A stretch of 64,000 nucleotides of DNA, from contig CATNEN010000011.1 of NCBI GenBank assembly GCA_950097015.1, positions 1,364,001-1,428,000 on the forward strand, given 5' to 3'. The notes under the pieces are model-generated. The model saw nothing but the letters and a program-made list of their open reading frames with translations. It was not told the origin of the DNA and did not search any database. Position 1 is the first letter of the stretch. Every line of letters starts with the position of its first letter. This document shows, piece by piece, positions 1 to 15,200 of this stretch. The position numbers and the translations under genes are program-made. The stretch comes from Macrostomum hystrix (lineage: Eukaryota > Animalia > Platyhelminthes).

Positions 1-126
1 GTTGGTCGGCAGTCGCTCGTCAGCAGGCATTCTAGAGGCTGTGACAAGTGAGTATATTGGACTCACGCATCAAATGAGGTTCGCTTTACAATAACTAACA
101 AACTACATGTAGAAATCTGAGAATAT

Positions 127-180
<54 letters not shown>
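127..180. repeat. (CAG)18 microsatellite
   Basis: Direct read. Confidence 0.95.
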
Positions 181-181
<1 letters not shown>

Positions 182-315
182 TTTTTGTGTTAGCCAGAAT
201 ATTAATATTTGATCAATATTGGAAAATAAGAGACGATGCCCGGAACGATTAAACAAATTACCTTATCTATAAATATATACTTTTCTCCGATTACTGAAAC
301 TCAGCTCGGAAACAG

Positions 316-1535
316 GGAGTGAGGGGTAGAAACAGAAAGTAGTGAGGGGTAGAAACAGAAAGTAGTGAGGGGTAGAAACAGAAAGTAGTGAGGGGTAGAA
401 ACAGAAAGTAGTGAGGGGTAGAAACAGAAAGTGAGGGGTAGAAACAGAAAGTAGTGAGGGGTAGAAAAAGAAAGTGAGGGGTAAAAACAGAAAGTGAGGG
501 GTAGAAACAGAAAGTGAGGGGTAGAAACATAAAGTGAGGGGTAGAAACAGTAAGTGAGGGGTAGAAACATAAAGTAGTGAGGGGTAGAAACAGAAAGTAG
601 TGAGGGGTAGAAACAGAAAGTGAGGGGTAGAAACAGAAAGTAGTGAGGGGTAGAAACAGAAAGTTCGGGGTAGAAACAGAAAGTAGTGAGGGGTAGAAAC
701 AGAAAGTAGTGAGGGATAGAAACAGAAAGTAGTGAGGGGTAGAAACAGAAAGTGAGGGGTAGAAACAGAAAGTGAGGGGTAGAAACAGAAAGTAGTGAGG
801 GGTAGAAACATAAAGTGAGGGGTAGAAACGAAAACTAGTGAGGGGTAGAAACAGAAAGTAGTGAGGGGTAGAAACAGAAAGTAGTGAGGGGTAGAAACGG
901 AAAGTAGTGAGGGGTAGAAACAGAAAGTGAGGGGTAGAAACAGAAAGTAGTGAGGGGTAGAAACAGAAAGTTCGGGGTAGAAACAGAAAGTAGTGAGGGG
1001 TAGAAACAGAAAGTGAGGGGTAGAAACAGAAAGTAGTGAGGGGTAGAAACAGAAAGTTCGGGGTAGAAACAGAAAGTAGTGAGGGGTAGAAACAGAAAGT
1101 AGTGAGGGATAGAAACAGAAAGTAGTGAGGGGTAGAAACAGAAAGTGAGGGGTAGAAACAGAAAGTGAGGGGTAGAAACAGAAAGTAGTGAGGGGTAGAA
1201 ACATAAAGTGAGGGGTAGAAACGAAAACTAGTGAGGGGTAGAAACAGAAAGTAGTGAGGGGTAGAAACAGAAAGTAGTGAGGGGTAGAAACGGAAAGTGA
1301 GGGGTAGAAACAGAAAGTAGTGAGGGGTAGAAACAGAAAGTGAGGGGTAGAAACAGAAAGTAGTGAGGGGTTGAAACAGAAAGTAGTGAGGGGTAGAAAC
1401 AGAAAGTGAAGGGTAGAAACAGAAAGTAGTGAGGGGTAGAAACAGAAAGTAGTGAGGGGTAGAAACAGAAAGTGAGTGGTAGAAACAGAAAGTAGTGAGG
1501 GGTAGAAACAGAAAGTGAGGGGTGGAAACAGAGAG
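316..1535. repeat. 20/23-bp minisatellite GTGAGGGGTAGAAACAGAAA(GTA)
   Basis: Direct read; explains the two spurious 457/458-aa ORFs. Confidence 0.95.
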
Positions 1536-2646
1536 ACTGCTATTGAACAATCCAACAGTAGACATGTGACCAAAGCTGCTAGAAGACAGTACACAAGGTC
1601 GGCTTGAGGGCAAATTGCCAATCTGTGACACTCCATATTGCTTTTCTTTCATCCGAGCGCTGTTCAACTTGGGAAAACACAGTCGCAGTCGCTTTTACAT
1701 CCCATATTCCCAAACAAACAGACGGGAAGACACAAACGCACGGCTACAAGGGCTTGATGACAATCTTTTCCCCATTCTTCCCCAAACAGGATAAGAAGAA
1801 AAAACTGGAAAGGCAGATTTCAATCGAGTGTGACAGCTGTTACTTTTCATCGCCGTTGCTTTTTTTCTGATTGATCCGACACCTTTTCAGGCAGGATCTG
1901 TTGGGGATCTTATAAGGGGAGGGGATTAAAGAAGCACTCGACCACGCGTAAACCAAGTACGCAAGGACATTGTTAGTTTAAATGATGAAGCTAAATCTCT
2001 TTCATGAGACGCCCAAAATTAACTCAAACGAAACTAGATTTTTTATGAGTAATAAATTAGATAATTAAAACAAATGACAAAATATAATAAGCTACTGTGC
2101 ATTTATTTTTCACTTTTTGGTGCGCTTGTTATAACGAGTAAAAAACAGGGAAATCTGATCAATCAAAGTCGGCATGCTCGACAGACTTTCAGAATGAAAT
2201 CTGGAATAAAAATAGTACAAATATAGACGCTGAATTTACTACTGTCGCTTTTAGATAACACATTAGTTGTCAGTAGTCAGATACGATTATAACCACAAAA
2301 ATAGTAAATAATTAATTCATTATTTCGTTTTAGAGAATGACAGAAGGCGAAAGATATTATTTAATGTAGGGCGCATAACTAGACTAACAAACTAACTAAC
2401 ATAACTAAACAAACATGATAAATAATGAAACCAGGTTTCAAAAATACAAAAATATATAAATTTTGGTTGTATTAATCAACGTTTTAGTAAATCCTCAAAT
2501 CGATTAATTAGTTACTTTCAACTAGATCCTCAAATTTAGATTTAGCAACCCATTTTAAAGAGTTCGTCAAACAAAAACAAAAAAATATATTCCCTTGCTC
2601 ATAAATTCAATCCGAATGGGAATAGTCAAGTCAAAGTCAACATTGG

Positions 2647-3241
2647 TCAGTGATTCCTATTAAGCCAGATCCACAGCAAGCCGGCGTGTTTGCACATCAA
2701 CTGCCTATCGAAGTCGTCAAACACGCGATTGTAGTCGTCGATAATGTCGCCTAGATCGCACAGAGGATAGTCAGCCAGTGAGGCTTCAGTTCGCAGATCC
2801 AAGGCCAGCAGTTGATGCAGCCGCTCGTTAAGCAGCTCCCGCTTGCCAGTTGACCCACTGGGCAGTGGCGAGTCGCCGCTGAAGACGGGCAGGCGGGTTT
2901 GACCCCGACAGGCCTCCGGGAGGCAGTGGTCCAGCATGCCGGCGTCAAGCAGCAGTTGCCAACGTAGCCGATCCAGACGCAGCCACAGAGCTCTGGCGTC
3001 GGTGACTCTGGCTGAGCGAAGGCAGTCGGGCAGGCTGTCTGGCATTCGCAGCACGTCGGTGACGAAGCCGCCGAGCTCCGGACTAGACGGAGCATCCGGC
3101 TGCATGATGCACAGGAATTTGATGACGGTGAGCAGGGTGTCCTCAACTAGGCTGGTCACGGTGCCCAGATTTGTGCCGAGTTCGTTGAGCAGGTCCTGCT
3201 CAAGGCTGGGATCGAGTCGCTCCGATTGAGTTGGGACGCAC
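2647..3241 (-). CDS. RNF213: RNF213 terminal coding exon (CTD), stop TGA at 2647-2649
   Basis: Aligns by eye with the human C-terminus (L..FL, L..ALW, LHQLL, final W). Acceptor TACAG at 3242. Confidence 0.8.
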
Positions 3242-6200
3242 CTGTACGATATGCGTTTAAGCGGGACAGAAAGTCGGTAAATTTTCTAACGAGTAAACAT
3301 ATACTTTTAAAATGATATGTAACTCATAGATACATAGATACATGAGAAATGATCTCATTCGAGTTTAGAGGAAAGTCGAAGATTTGTTCCGATTGAACGA
3401 AGGAAGAAAGGAAGGGGAGGAAGCTCGGACAGAGTGCCCTGTAAAAAATTCGGCTGCTTCTTCGGCGGGTTTTTTGTGCAAAATAGTAGTGGAATCTACC
3501 AAAATCCCCCCCTATCTCGCAAGAGTTAAAGAAACCGCCCAGGAAGCAGCCGATGTAACCGTAAATTGTGCGGAAACCGCCGAACAATCACCCGAACCAG
3601 TGGCCCATGGGACAACCAGAGAATTATTTACGGGCGATTCCTCGGCGGTTTCTGAGCATGGAATCTTCCGAACTGGAGGATTCTTTGGGTGATTCCATTT
3701 CACCACCAATAAGCAACGAGAAAACGCCCAGTTGGGTAGATTCTAAGCATGGAATCATCCGATTGGTATGTTTCCAGCGTTCGGCTGTTTCTTTTTCTGG
3801 AAACACCGCAGATTCCAACTGGAATCACCCAAAGAAACATCCCTATTTTTAGCGGGTGAAGGGAGGATATGAGAGTGAGACACCACCACCTACCCAACCA
3901 CCTGCACTGATCCACCCACCCAACCCCACACCACCCCACACCCACTCCAATTATAAGAGTTTACGGACTTATCTATGGGACATAAATCTAGATAGAGCAA
4001 AACAAATCTATGGGACACGCAAGTCTCAATACTCTTATGAAAGCCCAGGCCTTTTTCTAAGAAACACCAGAATCCCTGTGGAATCAAAAGATATTAGATT
4101 ATTCAAAAAAATTCTTATATTGTTGCTCAGAAAACAACTATAGTTTTTTTCATACCTGTGTTCAATTACGTTTATTCATACGATTCCCAGATATATCGTA
4201 AGAAATCGAAGGTATGTCCCAAGAAATCCAAGAAATTTCTAAGAAATCAAGGATTTTCTCCACAGAAATCCCAGATATTTTCATAGAAACGTCACATTTT
4301 TTTTCACAGAAATCCCAGACTGTTTCCACAGAAATCCAAGATTTTCCCACAAGAAATCCAAGATTTTCAAGCTTCCATCGAGAACTCCGAGATATTTCAC
4401 CCGTACCTGCGCAGTCTATCTAGCAGCTCCTTGACGTTGAACTCCTCCTTGTAGACAATCAGTCGCGGGTGTCCAACAATTCGGCGACGTCCTCGAAGGC
4501 ACCGATCGGCCAGTTGAGTCTGCAGGCCGGAGAAATTGTACTCCAGACGGTTGCCCTGTCCCACCTGAAGGGAATAGTCAGCGTTGCCTAGCAACAGTGG
4601 CAGCAGATCGCGCTCGGGATCATACGTGACCACAGCCGATGAGGTGATGGCGGAGCCGATGTCCACAGACTCGGTCAGGTCCGGGCCAATGTTGGCCAGC
4701 TCCAGCAGGCGATTCTGGGCATCGGCCAGCAGCTGCAGCAGGCCGACAATGCAGCGGCCCCAAGGGCGCCTGGAACATTGCGCGGGAAATTAGAGAAAAA
4801 ATTATTGACATCCCAACACTCATGATCAGACCCGCAAGTACGCCGAATCCCAGATCCCGACAAACTTAAAATCCCAGATCCCAAGAATCTTAAAATACCA
4901 GATCCCAAGAATCTTAAAATCCTAGACCCCAAGAATCTGGAAATCCCAGATCCCAAGAATCTTAAAATACCAGATCCCAAGAATCTTAAAATCCTAGACC
5001 CCAAGAATCTTAAAATACCAGATCCCAAGAATCTTAAAATACCAGATCCCAAGAATCTTAAAATCCTAGACCCCAAGAATCTGAAAATCCCAGATCCCAA
5101 GAATCTTAAATCCTAGAACCCAAGAATCTGAAAATCCCAGATCACAAGAATTTCAAAATCCCAGATCTCAAGAATCTGAAAATCCCAGATCCCAAGAATC
5201 TTAAAATCCCAGATCCCAAGAATCTTAAAATCCCAGATCCCAAGAATCTAAAACTCCCAGATCCCGAGAATCTTAAAATCCTAGATCCCAGGAATCTGGA
5301 AATCCTAGACCCCAAGAATCTGAAAATCCCAAATCGCCATTAATTTGAAATTCCAGATCCCAGTAACTTGAAATACTAAATCCCCAGTAACATGAAATCC
5401 CAGATCCCAGTAACTTTTCTATCCCTATCCCTAGATCCCAAAAAGATTCCGAAAAATCTCAGATCCCAAATACAGGTTAGGATTAGGCTTAGCACCAATC
5501 GATAAAATATTTACCTGCTAGGCATGAGAGCAGCAATAGGCCAGGCTCCGGTGCACTCAACTCCCATTTTATCCAGCGCCAGTTTTCCAGTGTCCTTGTA
5601 TCTGGCGATGCTAATTTTGTCCCGCAAATCGTTCCAAACATTCCTAAAAATAGCCACAGCCTCAGCCCAGCGACCTCTGCTTTTCGTTCTCAAACCGTCC
5701 AGAGAGTTGGAGCCGGACTCGGCCTCGGCTAGGCTCAGCTTGCCGCTGTGATTGGCCACCAGATCGTTGGCTAGCCAGGCCAGGATTGGCAGGGCGCGAA
5801 TGTGCCGCAGCACCGGCTCCTGGTCGAAGAATTCTTGAACCAGGGCGAACTCGCCGGCTAGGCCGCTGCCCAGCTCGCGCAGTCTTTGAGCAGCGTGCTC
5901 AACTGTGACAGCTTGACGATAGCGCCAAGCGGCAGCCTGCACAGTCTCCTCGCTGTCCTCTCTGCTAGTCTCGTGCACCAGGGCCACCAGCGAACAGGTC
6001 AGGCCAATCTGCAATTTGGCGCGAATTCAAATTTATAATCGTGACGGAATGACGGTTCAGGGTTTTGGGAGCTAGAAAACTATTCGTTTAGAGAACCTGA
6101 ATTTTTGGAGCCTGAAGGTTTAGAAAGCATGAATGTTCAGAGAGCCAGTAAGTTTAAGTGACCTGAAGGTTCAGGGGACCTAAACGTTTTGGGGGAATGA

Positions 6201-9200
6201 AAATTCAGGAGGCCTGAAGGTTAAAGTAGCCTGAAGGTTCAGGAGACGATCTGAAGTTTCAGGGAACCTGAAGGTTCATGGTGCCTGAAGGAGTATAATG
6301 TCAAAATAGCCTGGATTTTTAAGGAGCCTGAAGGTCCTAAGAGCCTGAAAGTTCCAGGAGCCTAAAGGTTCAGCGGGCCTGAAGACTCAGGGAGCCTGAA
6401 ACTTAAGGGAGCCTGAAGGTTAAGGGAGCCTGAAGGTTCAGGGAGCCTGAAGGTTAGGGTCGCCTGAAGGTTCAGTGAGACTGAATGTTCAGCAAGCCTG
6501 AAAGTTAAGCGAGCCTGAAGGTTCAGGGAGCCTGTAGGTTCAGGGAGACTGAAGTTTCAGAGGGCCTAAAGGTTAAGGGGGCCTGAAGGCTCAGGTATTT
6601 CGATTGTGTCCTTGGGCGGATTCCAGGTTTTTGGAGCTTTTATAAACGGCCAAAAATCATTAAAAAAGAGAAGCACTCTCACCTGCACATCGGACATGGA
6701 CCTGTTGGCAGTCTGCAGTCTCTCTGCTAGTCTCTCTGTCACAGGACTGATCATTCGATCCCACAGTAGAGCCTCCAGATCTCGCCTCTGATCCTGAGTT
6801 GCCAGCTGCAGCTGCCCGGTGCGACTAGGCGCCTCGGCCAACGCGTTCAAGGCCAGGTGAAGCGCAAGACAGGCGTCCTCACCGCTGTGCCCGCTGGCGT
6901 GACAGAATCTGGCCGAGTCGCGCCTAAAGTGCTCACGCATCGAGTCGGCAATGGAGGCCTCAGGTCTAGCGGCTAGTGAGGCCAGCGACAGGAGCATCCG
7001 GGTGAGGGCCGTAGCAACCGGCGTGAGATTCCTAATGGCCTGCGGCTGGCCGGTGGCATTCAGATTAACAAAACCGCGCGGGCTCTGATCTTCGCGAGCC
7101 AGAAGAGGATTATTGCCGGCTGCCGGGTTGTGTTGAGCGCCACCGATGGGTGCTGAGCAGTCGGGACAGTTTGATAGCTCCATTGGCCGGCCGCACTAGT
7201 TTATGGATGGCGGGGCAGGGGGACATTTCTGTGCTGGGGATTTTTTTGACGGTTTCCAAGGTGAAGCAGGCTCCCAGTTATTCAGGAGAGACCTGAAGAC
7301 ACTGACGGTTCAGGAGAAAACCTGAAGGTTCAGGAGAAGACCTGAAGGTTCAGGAAAAGAACTGAATGTTCAGGAGAAGATCTGAAGCTTCAGGAAAATA
7401 CCTGAAGGTTCAGGGGAATATATGAATGTTCAGGAGAAGATCTAAAGGTTTAGGAGAATATTTGAATGTTCAGGAGAAGATCTGAAGCTTCAGGAAAATA
7501 CCTGAAGGTTCAGGGGAATATATGAATGTTTAAGAAACAGGAGACGAATCAAGATTGAAGAGAGAACTTTCTTAAGAAAGTCAAGAGAAAAATGCAACAG
7601 TAAATTTAAAATAATTTAGACTTACATTGCCGATGTAGTAAGGATGACCATTTGGACAGACTAAAAAATACAAAGTTAAACAATTATTTAGTGAATAAAA
7701 AAATCATAGCATCATCACACACTCGTACTCACAATAGACAGTCGGATTGTCGCCTTCAATTCCCTTCTGTTTGCGCACAGCCCGATAAAGCTCGTGCAAC
7801 TCATCGTGAGGCATTGCGGGCAGATAGTAGGCGGCAATATCATCGGTTCCCATGGCAACAAATAGTTTAATTAGAATATCGTCTTCGCCTTGGCGCAATG
7901 CCAGAGTGAAGGCCATGTGGAGCGCGAGGCAGGCTAACGAGTGGGCCCCCTGCCAATCAACGTCGATGATTGGCTGCAGGCGCTGCTCGTAGATCTCCTG
8001 GGATTTGAGGCAAGATTTGATGGGAAGACGAGAGATTATCCTGAGATTAGGATTTCTCAGCGCTATAATCCCGCGACATTGATTTTTTAGCTATAAACCT
8101 TCTAGGATGGGAATTCTCCAGGAAAAATAATTCGGCGATGGGATTCCCAGCTACAATGATTCTAGGATGGGGATTCCCCAAATAAAATAATTCGTAGATG
8201 GGATTCCCCGGCTACAATGATTCTAGGATGGGCATTCCCCAATTACAATAATTCGTAGATGGGATTCCCCAGCTACAATGATTCTAGGATGGGGATTCCC
8301 CAATTACAATAATTCCTAGATGGGATTCCCCAGCTACAATGATTCTAGGATGGGGATTCCCCAATTACAATAATTCGTAGATGGGATTCCCCAGCTACAA
8401 TGATTCTAGGATGGGGATTACCCAATTACAATAATTCCTAGATGGGATTTCCCAGCTACTATGATTCTAGGATGGGGATTCCCCAATTACAATAATTCGT
8501 AGATTGGATTCCCCAGCTACAATGATTCTAGGATGGGGATTACCCAATTACAATAATTCCTAGATGGGATTTCCCAGCTACTATGATTCTAGGATGGGGA
8601 TTCCCCAATTACAATAGTTCGTAGATTAGATTCCCCAGCTACAATGATTCTAGGATGGGGATTACCCAATTACAATAATTCGTAGATGGGATTCCCCAGC
8701 TACAATGATTCTAGGATGGGGATTCCCCAATTACAATAATTCGTAGATTGGATTCCCCAGCTACAATGATTCTAGGATGGGGATTACCCAATTACAATAA
8801 TTCCTAGATGGGATTTCCCAGCTACTATGATTCTAGGATGGGGATTCCCCAATTACAATAGTTCGTAGATTAGATTCCCCAGCTACAATGATTCTAGGAT
8901 GGGGATTACCCAATTACAATAATTCGTAGATGGGATTCCCCAGCTACAATGATTCTAGGATGGGGATTCCCCAAATAAAATAATTCGTAGATGGGATTCC
9001 CCAGCTACAATGATTCTAGGATGGGGATTCCCCAATTACAATAATTCGTAGATGGGATTCCCCAGCTACAATGATTCTAGGATAGGGATTCCCCAATTAC
9101 AATAATTCGTAGATGGGATTCCCCAGTTACAATGATTCTAGGATGGGGATTCCCCAAATAAAATAATTCGTAGATGGGATTCCCCGGCTACAATGATTCT

Positions 9201-12200
9201 AGGATGGGCATTCCCCAATTACAATAATTCGTAGATGGGATTCCCCAGCTACAATGATTCTAGGATGGGGATTCCCCAATTACAATAATTCCTAGATGGG
9301 ATTCCCCAGCTAAAATGATTCTAGGATGGGGATTCCCCAATTACAAGAATTCTTAGATGGGATTCCCCAGCTACAATGATTCTAGGATGGGGATTACCCA
9401 ATTACAATAATTCGTAGATTGGATTCCCCAGCTACAATGATTTTAGGATGGGGATTCCCCAATTACAATAATTCCTAGATGGGATTCCCCAGCTACAATG
9501 ATTCTAGGATGGGGATTCCCCAGCTACAATGATTCTAGGATGGGGATTCCCCAATTACAATAATTCGTAGATTGGATTCCCCAGCTACAATGATTCTGGG
9601 ATGGGGATTCCCCAATTACAATAATTCGTAGATGGGATTCCCCAGCTACAATGATTCTAGGATGGGGATTACCCAATTACAATAATTCGTAGATGGGATT
9701 CCCCAGCTACAATGATTCTAGGATGGGGGATTCCCCAATTACAATAATTCGTAGATGGGATTCCCCAGCTACAATGATTCTAGGATGGGGATTCCCCAAT
9801 TACAATAATACCTAGATGGGATTCCCCAGCTACAATGATTCTAGGATGGGGATTACCCAATTACAATAATTCTAAGATGGGATTCCCCAGCTACAATGAT
9901 TCTAGGATGGGGATTACCCAATTACAATAATTCTAAGATGGGATTCCCCAGCTACAATGATTCTAGGATGGGGGATTCCCTAATTACAATAATTCTAAGA
10001 TGGGATTCCCTCAGCTACAATGATTCTGGGATGGGGACAAGATAATAATTAAGGATAGGGATTCTCCAGGCAGAATAATTCCAGAATGGGGATTTGCGGC
10101 TCCGGCTTCATAGGGATTAGAGGAATAGGGATTTTTTAAGAAAAATAATCAGCACACACCTTTGCTCTGTTAGGCATGAAATTGGCCATAGCCTCAGTAG
10201 TTTTCGCCAGATTCTCATTGTTGCAGTTGCCCTCAACGTAACGAGCTTTGTAAACTCCTGCAGCAATGGCCAAGCAGATGAGAAGCTTCTCGGTCTCGTT
10301 CAGCTTCAATTTCTGCGTTTGAGTGACAGTTTACAAAATCTATTTGTAGAGTAACGAATTTATTCGTTGTAATAACGGAATGAAAAATGAATGAATTTAT
10401 GCATTCATGTATTCATGAATAAGTGAATTAACGAATTAATGAGTGAATTAACAGAAAAAAACCGTATGAATGAAACGGACGAATGGGCGAATTAACGGGG
10501 AAAATGAAACTAACGAATGAATGAGTAAATTAACGGACTCAGAGGTAAATTAACGGATGAATGAGTGAGTTAACGGATGAATAGGTAAAATAACGGATAA
10601 ATGAGTGAATCAAGGGGAAATGTATGAATTAACGGATGAATGAGTGAATTAACGGATTCAGAGGTAAATTAACGGATGAATGAGTGAATTAACGGATTCA
10701 GAGGTAAATTAACGGATGAATGAGTGAATTAACGGATTCAGAGGTAAATTAACGGATGAATGAGTGAATTAACGGATTCAGAGGTAAATTAACGGATGAA
10801 TGAGTGAATTAACGGATTCAGAGGTAAATTTACGGATGAATGAGTGAACTAAAACATAAATCGGTGAATTAAGGGATGAATGAGTGAACTACCGGATGAA
10901 TGAATAAATTAACCGATGAATTTGTGAATAACTGATGAATCAATCAAGCAACAGAACCTTCATTTCCTTGGACAGCTGGGCCACTCCAGACAAATAGCCG
11001 GTCCAAAATGCGTCTCTCAACCGTCTGTAGGTAGCGGAATGGCACAGAAGCAGTTCTGGCTCCTGGACGCGACCTTCGAGGCTGTTTAACTCGGCTGCGA
11101 AGATTCTGCCAAGGCCGCGCGGATCCTGACGAAGGGCGACCAGACCGGCTGCCACGCCCAGTCGACGGCAGAGACAGCGCAGTAGATAGATGCGGGGCCA
11201 GGGCTGGAAAATGTAAATTCGTTAAGTTCGCCAACTTCCGTTAACTAGATTCGTTAAATTTCCTTTTCAAGACTAGACTTTTTACTTTCGTTAACTGAAT
11301 TCGTTAACTTTCGTTAACTCAATTCGTTAACTTTCGTTAACTGGATGCGTTAAACTTCGCTAAATAGATTTTTTAACTTTTGGTAAATTTTAGAGCGTTG
11401 ACTTTTGTTGAGTAGATTCGAGAATGTTCGTTACCTGGATTGGTTAACTTTCGCTAAAAAGATTCGTTAATTTTCGGTAACTTTGAGACCGTTGGTTGAC
11501 TCGCTAAATATAATCATTAACTTTCGTTCACTGAATTCATTAACTTTCGTTCACTGAATTCGTTAACTTTCGTTCACTGAATTCATTAACTTTCGTTCAC
11601 TGAATTCGTTAACTTTCGTTCACTGAATTCATTAACTTTCGTTCACTGAATTCGTTAACTTTCGTTCACTGAATTCGTTAACTTTCGTTCACTGAATTCG
11701 TTAACTTTCGTTCACTGAATTCATTAACTTTCGTTCACTGAATTCGTTAACTTTCGTTCACTGCATTCGTTAACTTTTGTTGTTGTGGATTCTGTAGATG
11801 AAGGATTCGTTAAATTTCGCAAAATAGATTTGGTAATTTTCGGTACTTCTTAGATCGCTGAATTTGGTTGACTTTCGTTAACTATCGCTAAGTATAATCG
11901 TTAACTTGCGTTCACTGGATTCGCTTACTTAACTAGATGTGATGAGCAGAAAAAATTATATTTGGAATCCTACCTGGTTAGGATTAGCCAATCGATTAGG
12001 CAAATCGGCGATGGGCCCAGAAGCTGAAAATGGTGACGACTTGGCGATTATTCGGTCAGCCAGCAGGCCCAGGCCAATGCGCCAAGTGGCGAGCCGATTC
12101 AGCAGGCCGATTAACTGAGCCGGCGATCTCGAGGTCCGATCAGTGTCGCGACGGTCCGCGGTCGGCGGTGGCAGCGGCGACAGTTCCGTTGACAGCCAGT

Positions 12201-15200
12201 CAACGGCTTTGTCCCAGCGACGATCTGGCTCGATTCTTAATACAACCAAAGAGGATTACAAATAGTTGATTGACTTCCGTTAACTAGGCCGTTAACTTCC
12301 GTTAACTAGGTCGTTAACTTCCGTTAACTAGGTCGTTAACTTCCGTTAACTAGGTCGTTAACTTCCGTTAACTAGGTCGTTAACTTCCGTTGACTAGGTC
12401 GTTAACTTCCGTTAACGAGGTCGTTAACTTCCGTTAACGAGGTCGTTAACTTCCGTTAACGAGGTCGTTAACTTCCGTTAACGAGGTCGTTAACTTCCGT
12501 TAACGAGGTCGTTAACTTCCGTTAACGAGGTCGTTAGCTTCCGTTAACTAGGTCGTTAGCTTCCGTTAACTAGGTCGTTAGCTTCCGTTAACTAGGTCGT
12601 TAGCTTCCCTTAACTAGGTCATTAAGATTTAGCCCCGTCTTACTTAGTAAAATCTAGTAGAGCAGCGTCTTCGAAGCAATGCAGAATAATAAGCCGTAGA
12701 TTAATTTCGTCCTCAGCCGTAAAACCGCGAGCAAGCACGCCAGAGAGGTGCTCGTTAAGCAGCTCAACAGCTAATTCACGATTGTGCGTTAGCAGAAGCA
12801 GCAGCACGTAGAAACGAAAGACTACGCCATCGCCATCTGAGCGATCGCGGAAGTAGCCGAAGCTCTCGTCTGGGCTGCATCTGGGAAAATAAATTAAAAA
12901 AGCATCTTTATATGGGAATATAAAATTTTAGCTATTTAAATCGATAGCATGAGCGACCGTTTAGCTACTGTTTCATAGACTAGATAAGCTACTGTTTCAT
13001 AGACTAGATAAGCTACTGTTTCATAGACTAGATAAGCTACTGTTCCATAGACTAGATAAGCTACTGTTCCATAGACTAGATAAGCTACTGTTCCATAGAC
13101 TAGATAAGCTACTGTTCCATAGACTAGATAAGCTACTGTTCCATAGACTAGATAAGCTACTGTTCCATAGACTAGATAAGCTACTGTTCCATAGACTAGA
13201 TAAGCTACTGTTCCATAGACTAGATAAGCTACTGTTCCATAGACTAGATAAGCTACTGTTCCATAGACTAGATAAGCTACTGTTCCATAGACTAGATAAG
13301 CTACTGTTCCATTGACTAGATAAGCTACTGTTCCATAGACTAGATAAGCAATTGTTCCATAGACTAGATAAGCTACTGTTCCATAGACTAGATAAGCTAC
13401 TGTTCCATAGACTAGATAAGCTACTGTTCCATAGACTAGATAAGCTACTGTTCCATAGACTAGATAAGCTACTGTTCTATAGACTAGCCCGTATAAAACG
13501 GAATGGTCACAAAAAAGGGGCTGTGACCGTTGTTGTGACTGTCATGGTCACATGTTACCGTTAGTGACCACGTTTTGTGACCGCCATGGTCTCATGTTAC
13601 CACTTGGTGTCCATAAAATGTGACCATTTGTCCGGGTCACCATGTGACCGTATTTTGTGACCGTTATGTTCAGGGTCACCATGTGACCGTTCACTGTGAC
13701 CGTATTTTGTGACCGTCATGTTCAGGGTCACCATGTGACCGTTCACTGTGACCATATTTTGTGACCGTTATGTTCAGGGTCACCATGTGACCGTTCACTG
13801 TGACCGTATTTTGTGACCGTCATGTTCAGGGTCACCATGTGACCGTTCACTGTGACCGTATTTTGTGACCGTTATGTTCAGGGTCACCATGTGACCGTTC
13901 ACTGTGACTGTATTTTGTGACCGTTATGTTCAGGGTCACCATGTGACCGTTCACTGTGACCGTATTTTGTGACAATACCTTCTACTTGCTCCCAGCTTGT
14001 CCTTTAAATATTAGACTTTAAATAGGACTCAATAAACTGCCACGACTTCTTCGTTTCGGAATGTGGCGTTACGAGTACGCACATGTTTGTTGTCAGCATT
14101 GCATGAATTTATTCAGAAAAAACCGAGAAATTTTGGATAGTATACGATTTTAGGTACAGCACACATTTTGTTTGAATTCAGTATATAGTGAGAAGTAGCA
14201 ATAAGTTTTATTTCCATCATTTTCAGCTCATTTATACTCGTAGATCATGGACGAAGAATTGGTGCCGGCGGCTGAGCTACGCAGCGCCGTGATGAATCGT
14301 TTACGGCAGCGGCGCTTTCGAGAGCGTAGCAACGTGCAGCTTTTGCTGCAAAGGCGGCAACAATGGTTGCAGAATGGCACCATTACAGTTGGCGCCGTCG
14401 TAAAGAATCCACGGACGAATCGTGGTAGTAAACGCAATCATCCGGGCGACGACTCTGAAAGCGAATCTGCCAGCGAAGCCGCCAGCGAAGCCGCCAGCGA
14501 ATCTGCCAGCGAAGCCGCCAGCGAAGCCGCCAGCGAAGCCGCCAGCGAAGCCGCCAGCGAATCTGACAGCGAATCTGACAGCGAAGCCGCCAGCGAAGCC
14601 GCCAGCGAATCTGACAGCGAAGCCGCCAGCGCAGCTGCCGACGACTATGCCGACTTCAACGATGACGGCGACGGCGACGGCGACGATAACAATTCAAACG
14701 CTGCTAAACTGCATGACTTCTGCCAGCTGGCCGCATATCGTGACGCAACTGTGTCCTATGCTGCAATTGGCACTCTAGCTCAGTGTCTGGCCTTTGCACA
14801 AAGTCTGTCAGGACAGGATGTTGACAGACTGCTAGCGTACACAAAGGCCGTGCTTCCATAGAATGCTGCATTCCCACAAACCCGCCACATGCTGGACAAG
14901 TTACTAAACTTGACACCGTACTCCCACAAGCGATGCAGACCTTCACTGTATTGTCTAAGCTGCGATCATGAGGTGCAATTACAGCGTCCGGATCACTATC
15001 CGCATTGTAATGCCAGATTGCAATCGCAAGAGTCCGTAGGGCACTTCTGGCGAATGGATATAGGCAGCCAAGTCCGACAGATGATCGAGGAATGCCATCT
15101 ACTAGACCACGTGGTATACCCATTCGATCAACCGGCCAACGTGGGACGTCTCCACATGGGTAGTGGGACTAATTATGCGGCATTCAAACGGTCTATTGCA

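Noticed and set aside
263-1667. 457/458-aa minus-strand ORFs
   Set aside because: Translations of the 20/23-bp minisatellite.
1535-1870. Possible coding fragment (RLLLNNPTVDM*PKLLEDSTQGRLEGKLPIC..) on the plus strand
   Set aside because: Internal stop, no recognisable motif, and no supportable splice context within the window.
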